Positions 28,243-36,366 of a DNA stretch of 64,000 nucleotides are shown here, piece by piece. Each line of letters starts with the position of its first letter. Position 1 is the stretch's first letter. The stretch is from Myxococcales bacterium (GTDB lineage Bacteria; Myxococcota_A; Polyangia; Polyangiales; DASUME01): contig JASGJH010000001.1 in assembly GCA_047601445.1 (NCBI GenBank), forward strand, positions 3,808,001 through 3,872,000, given 5' to 3'. Below the pieces are notes generated by a model. That model was not told where the DNA came from. It did not search any database and saw nothing but the letters and a program-made list of their open reading frames with translations. Both the position numbers and the translations under genes were made by a program.

Positions 28243-30204
28243 TCAGAAGAGGCCGCCGCCCGGCTCGTCGTCGCCGTCCCCACTGCCGCTGCCATCTCCG
28301 TCGCCGCTGCCGTTGCCGTCTCCATCCCCGGCGTGACCGTCGCCGTCGCCTCCACCGGATTCCTCGCCACACTGGACGACGCCGGCATCCACCGTCACCA
28401 GCGTGCGGCAGTCGAGGCGCAACGTGGTGCCGCTCGGCTCCGCGCTCGCCGGGTAGAACGACACGCGCCGCTGCTTGTCCGTCGCGCACTGAGCTTGGAC
28501 TCTCAAGCTGAAGGTGTCGTAGAACCAGCCCACCGTGGGATCGACGCCGACCGGTGTCGCTGGATTGGCCAGCATCTCGTGGTTCGGCGATATCCCGAGC
28601 TGGTTGATCGAGCAGACCACGCGGGTGTCGTTGCCCGGCAGGAAGCGATAGCCCTTGAAGACGCGCCCCCGGGAGCCGTCGCAGGCGCTCTCGCCGCTCA
28701 CGCCCTTGGGCATGATCTCCAGCAGATCGCAGTCCACCAGTCCGTCGCTGTCGACCTCGAAGGGACGCTGCAGGCAGGTGCTGGCGAGCCCCCTCGAGAT
28801 CTTGTCGGCGATGGCATTGATGGCGGGCGCGTAGCTCTCGGCGCAGATCGAGCGCACCAGGCCGTTTTCGGCGAAGCCGGCTGCGACCTCCACGAAGCGA
28901 ATCGCGGGCTTGGCTCCGGTGATGATTTCCGGGTTCGGCACCTGCACGTTGCTGGCGTTGAGGACCGTCAAGGGCTCCGCGAAACAGGTGGCCTCGTCCT
29001 TGGTCTTGCAGCGTCGGCAGACGTCGCGAGCGACCGTGTTGGCATTGGTCGGATCGCCGCCACCCGTCTGGGGATCGACCGCGAACGCCATGCGCGGGTG
29101 GGCCAGCATCTCCGGGAAGCTCTTGTCTTGCACTGCTTCCGGGATGCCCACGATGGCCGCGAACATGATTCGCTCCGGGTTGTTGGGCTTGACCACGCGC
29201 TTCAAGTAGGTGAAGTAGCGATTCACCTCGTAGACGAACCCGGCCTGTTCCGCCTGCGATTTGGGCGCGGTGGGATCGCTGCGGTAGACGCAGCGGATAT
29301 TCAGCCCGAGGTTGAGTTGGCTGCCGGGCAGCTTGACGTCTGGGTCGTTGGTGTTCTGGTCGAACAGCACGCCGCCCTTGGGCGTGATCGAGCAATCCTC
29401 TTCGTCGGAGATCGCGATCAGTGCCAGCAGCGCGTCGTCGCGCAAAAAGCCCGCGTTCACGTCGTCCGAGTGGCCCCCTACTCCACCGTCGTACGGCAGC
29501 GTGGCGGGACTGACGGCCTTGAACATCGCCTCGAGCTGCTGCTCGAAGCCGCAGCCTGCGGTGCCCACGTTGGCGATGCAGGTGAAGTCCGCAATGGCTT
29601 GATCCAGCGCGGCCGCGTCGGAGAGCTGACTTGGCACGTAGTTCAAGTAGCCAGCGGGCGCCGTGGCGGTGCAGCCCGCGTGACTCTTCACGAGCTTGCC
29701 GTCGTCACCGAGACCCGCGCAGCTCGGTGGGAGGCTGATCTTGCTCCCGTTGGTGCCCAGGTCCGTGGTCACCACGCCCACGTGCAGATCGCTCACCGGC
29801 GTGAAGGTCGTGCCGTCTTCGCGCACGCCGCTGATCAAGCTGCGCAACAAGCGCGGCAGCTGTTCGGCCAGTTTGCCCTGTTCCTGCGCCATCGAGCCCG
29901 AGTCGTCGATCACGAAGAGCAGGTCGACCTTGTCGAGCGGCGCCACCGAACCGCTCAGCGCCAGCGACACCTTTCCGGAGACCGCGGCGTCCGCTCCACA
30001 GGAAGCCATGTGGTTTCCCGAGTCGGACGCGTCGACTGCCGCGTCGAGCCCATCGCCAGCGTCTTCGTCATCGTAGGGACCTGCGTCCCCAGCGTCCTGC
30101 AGCGCTCCGGCGTCATCATCGACCGGGCCCCTGTGCACGACTTCCTCACTACAGGCGGCCAGCCCATACGCTGCGACCGCAACACCAAGAAAGCGCCTCA
30201 ACAT
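28243..30204 (-). CDS. Myxobacterial vWA-domain lipoprotein with Gly/Asp-rich tail
   Basis: Lipobox LAA-C; VDLLFVIDDSGSM MIDAS; LHVGVVTTD; GCGFEQQLEA; NAGFLR..ISDEEDCS. Confidence 0.8.
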   Translation of the reverse strand: MLRRFLGVAVAAYGLAACSEEVVHRGPVDDDAGALQDAGDAGPYDDEDAGDGLDAAVDASDSGNHMASCGADAAVSGKVSLALSGSVAPLDKVDLLFVIDDSGSMAQEQGKLAEQLPRLLRSLISGVREDGTTFTPVSDLHVGVVTTDLGTNGSKISLPPSCAGLGDDGKLVKSHAGCTATAPAGYLNYVPSQLSDAAALDQAIADFTCIANVGTAGCGFEQQLEAMFKAVSPATLPYDGGVGGHSDDVNAGFLRDDALLALIAISDEEDCSITPKGGVLFDQNTNDPDVKLPGSQLNLGLNIRCVYRSDPTAPKSQAEQAGFVYEVNRYFTYLKRVVKPNNPERIMFAAIVGIPEAVQDKSFPEMLAHPRMAFAVDPQTGGGDPTNANTVARDVCRRCKTKDEATCFAEPLTVLNASNVQVPNPEIITGAKPAIRFVEVAAGFAENGLVRSICAESYAPAINAIADKISRGLASTCLQRPFEVDSDGLVDCDLLEIMPKGVSGESACDGSRGRVFKGYRFLPGNDTRVVCSINQLGISPNHEMLANPATPVGVDPTVGWFYDTFSLRVQAQCATDKQRRVSFYPASAEPSGTTLRLDCRTLVTVDAGVVQCGEESGGGDGDGHAGDGDGNGSGDGDGSGSGDGDDEPGGGLF

Positions 30205-30316
30205 GGCCGGATGCTGACACGAAGGGGTCGTACGCTGCAGCCACGTGAGCGCGCTCCGAGAGGTCCTTCACCCTGGCTTTCGGTGAGCTGGAGTACAGCG
30301 ACCAACCATGGCGAGC

Positions 30317-30685
30317 TCATGGGGTACCGTAGTCGCCCGTGATCACGCTCAGCAGGCGGCCGTCCTCGAAGACCACGGTGAGCACGAACTGTGTGGGCCC
30401 AAAGTCATAGGTCCACTCATCGATCTGCACCTCGACGGTGGACTCGACGAACTGACCGCAGCGCGTGTCTTGCGACGAACAGGGCCCGTCGATCCAGCGC
30501 CGCTGCCTGCGCACCTCCACGCGATGCAGCTTGAACTTGGGCTCGCCGCAGCGAGTGTGGACCTCGTACAAGCTGTCTCCGTCGGACACGAGCTTGGTCC
30601 CGCAGCGCATGCTGTCGGCGCGCACGGCGACGGGCAGGAGCAAAGCAGAGAGGGCCAAGAGGGCGCTCAGCGCACTGACTCGCAT
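30317..30685 (-). CDS. DUF2845-like secreted protein
   Basis: Signal peptide; MRCGTKLVSDGD..CGEP; EWTYDFGP..FEDGRL. Confidence 0.8.
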   Translation of the reverse strand: MRVSALSALLALSALLLPVAVRADSMRCGTKLVSDGDSLYEVHTRCGEPKFKLHRVEVRRQRRWIDGPCSSQDTRCGQFVESTVEVQIDEWTYDFGPTQFVLTVVFEDGRLLSVITGDYGTP

Positions 30686-30879
30686 GGTGGTAGCTCCAGG
30701 GAAGAAGGGCCGAGCCAACATAGCCCGCACGGGTGGTCGACGAGCTGGCCTTTACAGATCTTCACGCCTGCCGGGCGCCCCAAACTCGGATGAGCGTCCC
30801 TGAGAAGGCACAGAGCGTGTGGGCTGCGCGGATTTTTCCTGCATGGGGATACCCGCGGGCGGCCACTCACCCCGTGTCC

Positions 30880-32220
30880 ATGCCCTTGCGCCTTCGTGGT
30901 CTTCTTCCAAGTCTGTTCAGCACTTTCTTGCTCGGAGCGTGCGCCGACGACTCCCACGTCGGGCCACGCGACACGGGTCACCACGGCGACGACGCCGGTG
31001 CACGCGACGGCGGCGAGGATCCGGCCGAGCTTCCCGACGCAGCTGTACCCGATGCGCACGTACCCGCGGATGCCGGGGCCCAATCCGACGCCGCGAGCAA
31101 CGACGATGCGGGTCCATCGGAGGACGATGCGAGCGCTCCCCAGCCGACCTATTGGTACGACGCGAAGAGCGCGGTGGGACTCTCCATCTCGGGCCCCTTG
31201 AGTGATGCCTTCGGAGCCGCTTTTGCAGGCACGCCCGACGGCATCATCCCACCCGTGCGCAACAAGGATCCCTTCGCAGGCGGAATGGCCTACATCAATG
31301 CGGACAAGTCCGCGCGGGCACCGCAGGTGGAGCTCGCCGTGCGCGGCAATTCCAGCTTGCAAGAGTGCGTCTTCCCCAAGCTCAAGGTCTCCTTCGACAA
31401 GCGCGTCGATGCCACGAGCGACCTTTTTTACGACACCAAGAAGGTCAAGATCGGCACCCACTGCGGGGAGGAGGACAGCGTCAACGGCACCATCGGTCGA
31501 CTCCGCAACGAGAAGGCAGCCTGGCGTGAAGAGGTGGCCTACCAGCTGGCGCGCGCGCTCGGCATCACCGTCATGCAAACGCGACCGGCCGTGATCACTT
31601 ACACGGACACGTCGCAGACTTCGTCGTTCGAATCGCCCCTCACCCGCAAGGCATTCCTGCTCGAGCACGTGGACGAGCTCGCGCGCCGATTGGGCGCCAC
31701 GGCCCTCAAAGATCCCATCGACTGCGGCGACAACCCCGACGCGCGCCCCGATGCAACGGCAGTGCTACGCGTGAAGTTCTTCCATGCTCTGATCGGCAAC
31801 TGGGACTGGATGCTCGGCCCACCCGAAACCCACGGCTGCGGCACCCTGATGAACACCGAAGTGCTGGTCCACGGGGATGGCTCGCTCACGCTGGTGCCCG
31901 CCGACTTCGACCTGGCCGCCTTGGTCGTGGGCGAGGTGCGCAATCCAGACACCAACCAGGTGGAGCCCATCGAGGTCGAGAACTCCGCAGCCGCAGCGCG
32001 CGCCGCGCTCGAGACCTCCTTGATCGGCGAAGACCCGGGCGCCGTGGAGCAGATGAAGGCGTCCTTTCTGGCCAAGCAGCCGGAGCTCTCCGCCATCGTC
32101 GAGGCTTCGCTGATGGACGCGTCCGGCAAGGCCGACGCCTTGGAGCTGCTGCAGGGCTTCTTTCAGGCGCTCGCCAAGCGACCCCAAAACCGAGCCTGCC
32201 CATGCAATAAATATCAATAA
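30880..32220 (+). CDS. Lipoprotein with CotH-kinase-like domain
   Basis: Lipobox LGA-C; VRGNSS..KLKVSF; REEVAYQL; LIGNWDW; VPADFDLA. Confidence 0.6.
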   Translation: MPLRLRGLLPSLFSTFLLGACADDSHVGPRDTGHHGDDAGARDGGEDPAELPDAAVPDAHVPADAGAQSDAASNDDAGPSEDDASAPQPTYWYDAKSAVGLSISGPLSDAFGAAFAGTPDGIIPPVRNKDPFAGGMAYINADKSARAPQVELAVRGNSSLQECVFPKLKVSFDKRVDATSDLFYDTKKVKIGTHCGEEDSVNGTIGRLRNEKAAWREEVAYQLARALGITVMQTRPAVITYTDTSQTSSFESPLTRKAFLLEHVDELARRLGATALKDPIDCGDNPDARPDATAVLRVKFFHALIGNWDWMLGPPETHGCGTLMNTEVLVHGDGSLTLVPADFDLAALVVGEVRNPDTNQVEPIEVENSAAAARAALETSLIGEDPGAVEQMKASFLAKQPELSAIVEASLMDASGKADALELLQGFFQALAKRPQNRACPCNKYQ

Positions 32221-32271
32221 TTTTATTGAGATAAATATTATTACTTTACGGTAAGTTACTTCTTGGTAATA
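32206..32271. promoter_or_regulatory. AT-rich palindromic segment upstream of the AraC gene
   Basis: TCAATAA-tt-TTATTGA (32214-32229) inside about 65 bp that is mostly A/T. Confidence 0.5.
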
Positions 32272-32318
32272 GTCACCGCTGCTTTGTCGCTCGGCTTGTT
32301 TTTTCTTCGGAGCGCCTG

Positions 32319-33356
32319 ATGCAGCTTGTCTCGATGATGCTCGTTCGCGGTCTCGCGTCCGAACTGCACGTCCGCGGCGCGGATGTGGATGCCCTGCTCA
32401 AGCGGCTCGGCCTGCGCACGGACGCGCTGTGTGATCCGCGCGGCACGGTGCCGAACGCCAGCTGGGAGCAGTTGGTCTCACGCGCTTTCGACCTCACCCT
32501 GGATCCCCTGCTCGGCCTCGCGGTGGGGGCGCGCGTCGCGGAGGGAACCTCCCACGTGGTCTCGGCGCTGGTGGCGAGTCGCCCCACGCTGCGCGATGCC
32601 TTCGTGAGCATCGAGCGCTACGGCATCCTGATCAGCGGCTCACGCGCCTGGCACCTGCTCGAGCGAGACGACGTGGCTCAGCTGTGCCTCGAGGCAGACG
32701 AGCGCGACGATCTCACCGCTCGTTTCGAGATCGACTGCACGCTCGCCTTCGCTCACCAGGCGCTGCGCCGCTTGGCACCGGAGTTCTCGCCCGGCAACGT
32801 GAGCATGCTGCTGCGCCGCGAGGTCCCCGCCGCGTTCGCCCAAGCCTTCGCGCAGCGCGCCCACTGCGATGCCCAGTTCGGGCGCGAGCGCCACGCGCTG
32901 GTGTTCCCGCGGGCCCTTCTGGACCGCTCGCAGTTCCTCACGGACAAGCTCATCGAGGCTTCGCTCATGGCTGCCGCCGACAAGCTGCTCGCAGGACTTC
33001 CGCTGCCCCAGGTCGAAGATCGCGTGCGCGCGTCGCTGCGCGCCGAACCCACGTGGCAGGAGATGAACCTGGACGTGATGGCGCGGCTCCTGCGGATGAC
33101 CCCGCGCGCCCTGCGCCGCGGCTTGGCCAGCGAAGGGACTTCCTTCTCGCTGCTTCTCGACCAGGAGCGGCGCCGCGCTGCCAGCGAGCTCCTGAGCGAA
33201 CCCGACTGCTCCATCGACGAGCTCTCCGAGCGCCTCGGCTTCTCGGAGCGCAGCGCGTTCTACCGGGCGTTTCGGCGCTGGACTGGCCAGACCCCATGGC
33301 GCTTTCGCCAGGCGATCATCCGGGCTCCCTTCATGGCGCCCGCGTACCCAGGCTGA
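32319..33356 (+). CDS. AraC family regulator (OruR/VqsM-like)
   Basis: DPLLGLAVG; LRRGLASEGTSF; LGFSERSAFYRAFRRWTG. Confidence 0.9.
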   Translation: MQLVSMMLVRGLASELHVRGADVDALLKRLGLRTDALCDPRGTVPNASWEQLVSRAFDLTLDPLLGLAVGARVAEGTSHVVSALVASRPTLRDAFVSIERYGILISGSRAWHLLERDDVAQLCLEADERDDLTARFEIDCTLAFAHQALRRLAPEFSPGNVSMLLRREVPAAFAQAFAQRAHCDAQFGRERHALVFPRALLDRSQFLTDKLIEASLMAAADKLLAGLPLPQVEDRVRASLRAEPTWQEMNLDVMARLLRMTPRALRRGLASEGTSFSLLLDQERRRAASELLSEPDCSIDELSERLGFSERSAFYRAFRRWTGQTPWRFRQAIIRAPFMAPAYPG

Positions 33357-34203
33357 GCTCCCCCGAACTGATGCGGATGGCGCCGAGCTGCGTGGGAATG
33401 GCATGGTCGACGGCGACCTTGGCATCGAGGGTGGCGTTGAGTCGTGCGGGGAGCTGACCGTCGAGGCTCACGCTGACGGGGATCTCCTGATCGAGCTTGG
33501 GATGGATGGTCTGGTGCAAGGGCACCTTGAGCCGCTCATGCAGAGGCACGCGGACCGTGCCGCGCACGCGCACGTCGTCCTTGAGCTGCACCTTGAGGTT
33601 GACCGGGATGCGCGTGTGGAGCGGCAGCTTGAGCGCCTGCGGACGCAGCTTGATGGTGTCGCGCACGTGAATCTTCTGGTGAATGGGCACGCGCATCTTC
33701 ACGGGCAAGTCGGCCTTCACGGGCACCGTGATGCCGAGCGCCGTCTTCACCTTGCTGTCGAGGGGCACCACGGTCTCCACGTCGATGGTGTCATCCACCA
33801 TCACGTCGGTGTCGATGGGGATGGCTAGCTGGCTGAGATCGAGATCGCGCTCGGTGAGCACGGTGTCGATGGGGACCTCGAGCGCGAGCGCGAGCGGCTC
33901 CACGTGGAGGCTCGAGTCCAGCGGCACCTCCACCACCATGTTCAACGGGATCTCCAGGGTCTCGTGGAGCGGAATGGCGAGCTGTCCGAGCCGCACCTTG
34001 GCGTCGATCTGCTTGGACAGGGCCACCTGAACGTCCTGGGCCACGGCGGCCGAGAGCGGCACCTCGCCGCGCACCACCACGGGCACGTCGTTCTTCAAGC
34101 GCAACACAAGCTCGTAGCGTGACGTGCCTAACCAGATCAGTCCCCCGAGTGCGGCGAGCGTCGCTGTGATCATCGCCGTCTTCGTCCAGCCCTTGGCGTC
34201 CAC
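33331..34203 (-). CDS. Membrane-anchored hypothetical protein with repeated [VI]P[LI] beta-type motifs
   Basis: AAGAGG RBS; GTG start; N-terminal TM; Val/Ile/Leu/Pro-rich repeats. Confidence 0.75.
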   Translation of the reverse strand: MDAKGWTKTAMITATLAALGGLIWLGTSRYELVLRLKNDVPVVVRGEVPLSAAVAQDVQVALSKQIDAKVRLGQLAIPLHETLEIPLNMVVEVPLDSSLHVEPLALALEVPIDTVLTERDLDLSQLAIPIDTDVMVDDTIDVETVVPLDSKVKTALGITVPVKADLPVKMRVPIHQKIHVRDTIKLRPQALKLPLHTRIPVNLKVQLKDDVRVRGTVRVPLHERLKVPLHQTIHPKLDQEIPVSVSLDGQLPARLNATLDAKVAVDHAIPTQLGAIRISSGELSLGTRAP

Positions 34204-34436
34204 CGTGCCTCTTTTCTCAGCTCGCGCGCCCGAGGGCGCGCTTCGATCAGCGCGACAACCATGGGGTCGCCGCCGCCACTTGGCAACGGAGCGGGGAAAG
34301 CTGCGGTGTTGTCCGGGGCTGGGCGAGAGGGCCGCGCTTTGCCGACATCAGGCGCCGATTTTTTGCGCGAATGGGGCGCAATTCTTCAACGTCACCCCGG
34401 CCACGTGCCACTCAGAACGGGGGGTTTGGGGGACAG

Positions 34437-36101
34437 ATGACGCATGCAAGTTCGACTGGTTCGTGGCTGCTTCGGCTCTCGCTTTCGGTGCTCGTGGCGC
34501 AGGGGGCGCTGGTGGGCTGTGGTGACGGGGGAGGCTCGAGAGATCGCGACGGGGGCTCGGATCGCGACGGCGCCGTCGACCTCGATTCGGGCATGTACCT
34601 GCCTCCGCCGGAGATCCCCGATCCCCCGGCCAGTGTCTGCTCGACCCTGGGGCTGACCTACGCGGGCGCGGGCTGTGGCTCGGTGTGCTCGAGCGTCCGG
34701 TGTCAGTGCGATCCGTTCCCGAGCTCGTACATCGCGTGTCATCAGACCTTCGGGTGTCTGACCGCCGTGGACTGCGCGGCGGCCTGCGAGGCCGACCTGG
34801 CCGACGTGCTGGAGTGCGCCGGCAAGTACGTGCCGTGCGAGCAGGATAGCGATTGCGGGGCCGGCCGATGCGCGCGGCGCGCAGGAGATGCCAAAGGCGA
34901 GTGCACCGCAGGCGGGTCGGGCACGCACTGCATCGACCAGGGCGACTGCCTCGATGGCTTCTGCGTGGCCAAGGACTCCGAGGGCAATCGCGCGTGCAGC
35001 GCGGACACCAGCGGCGCTACCTGCAACGAGGAGAGCCAGTGCAAGACCGGACACTGCCTGCTCCCCAGCGGATCCTTCGTGGGCGCTTGCTCCGATGGCA
35101 GCGAGGGTGCGCACTGCACCAAGACGGTGGGCTGCCAGAGCGGGCTCGTCTGCGTGATCTCGCCCTACGGCTCCGATGGCACGTGCGGAAACGGCGCGGC
35201 GGGTGACACCTGCTACGACGCGGACGACTGCAAGGGCGGCCTGTTCTGCGCCAAGGACTCGCCGACGAACTCAGGTCAGTGCAGTAGCGGAGAGATCGGC
35301 GCCAACTGCGGTACGAACGCCGACTGCAAGTCGGGCAAGTGCGTGGACGTCGACTCGTTCAGCAAGTACTGCTCCGACGGCGAGCTCGAGAGCCCCTGCG
35401 GCGCGGCCGCCGACTGCAAGTCGGGTTACTGCGTGCAGAACTACAAGAATGGCTTCATCGGCAAGCAATGCACCGATGGTGCGGTCAACTCGGCCTGTCG
35501 CGAAGACGTGGACTGCAGCACGCAGAAGTGCGTGCCCATGGCAGGCGGCATCGGCGTGTGCATCGTGGGCAACCTGGGCGACTACTGCGCGCGCGACGAG
35601 CAGTGCCTGAATGGTCGCTGCTCCAACACCCAGAACTCCTGGGGCAAATGCGTGGACGGCGCGAATGGCTCGGGCTGCGCCAACGCCATGGACTGTGTGT
35701 CCTTGCGCTGCGCTACCAGCGGAGGCTCGAGCGGCCTGTGCACCGCAGGCGGCCTGAAGGATCCGTGCGGGGCCGACGACCAGTGCGACTCCACCTATTG
35801 CACCGCCACCAGCTCCGAGATTGGCGAGTGCACCTCAGGCCAGCTGAAGTCGGCTTGCCGCACCAGCCAGGACTGCGCCGTGGGCAAGTGCGCCTACAGC
35901 ACGGGCCTCGGAGAAGGCCAGTGCACGGACGGTCTCGAGGGCAGCTGGTGCGTGACCGTCAGCGATTGCTACGCGGGCGCCTACCAATGCGCCACCGGCG
36001 GCAACAGCGCGGGCCTCTGCACGGGCGGCGATGCGATGGACTACTGCCAGCGTAGCTCCGAGTGCAAGAGCAATGTTTGTAACAACAGTAAGTGTCAGTA
36101 G
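34437..36101 (+). CDS. Cys-rich lipoprotein with 13 tandem four-Cys repeats
   Basis: Lipobox LVG-C; repeat C-x8-C-x5-C-x4/6-C of about 30-33 aa. Confidence 0.85.
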   Translation: MTHASSTGSWLLRLSLSVLVAQGALVGCGDGGGSRDRDGGSDRDGAVDLDSGMYLPPPEIPDPPASVCSTLGLTYAGAGCGSVCSSVRCQCDPFPSSYIACHQTFGCLTAVDCAAACEADLADVLECAGKYVPCEQDSDCGAGRCARRAGDAKGECTAGGSGTHCIDQGDCLDGFCVAKDSEGNRACSADTSGATCNEESQCKTGHCLLPSGSFVGACSDGSEGAHCTKTVGCQSGLVCVISPYGSDGTCGNGAAGDTCYDADDCKGGLFCAKDSPTNSGQCSSGEIGANCGTNADCKSGKCVDVDSFSKYCSDGELESPCGAAADCKSGYCVQNYKNGFIGKQCTDGAVNSACREDVDCSTQKCVPMAGGIGVCIVGNLGDYCARDEQCLNGRCSNTQNSWGKCVDGANGSGCANAMDCVSLRCATSGGSSGLCTAGGLKDPCGADDQCDSTYCTATSSEIGECTSGQLKSACRTSQDCAVGKCAYSTGLGEGQCTDGLEGSWCVTVSDCYAGAYQCATGGNSAGLCTGGDAMDYCQRSSECKSNVCNNSKCQ

Positions 36102-36366
36102 CTGGCGGCAGATAGTGCGCAGCGGTTGACAGCGCCCGCGGTTGACGGGGCAGCGGGCGACCGCGACGCGCAGCGTACTCCGGCGATGCCCGACCGAGAT
36201 ACCCGCGACAGGTTCCGAATTAGTCCAACCTTTCGGGCGCTAGCGTTCGCTCCCTCCTCAAACCCGCCGGGCGCCGAGCACTCGAGATACCCCCGAAACC
36301 GTCCGGCTACATCGACCTGGGACACTCGGTATGGCCCCCTCTCCTTGGGGCCAAGGCCGAACCCCC

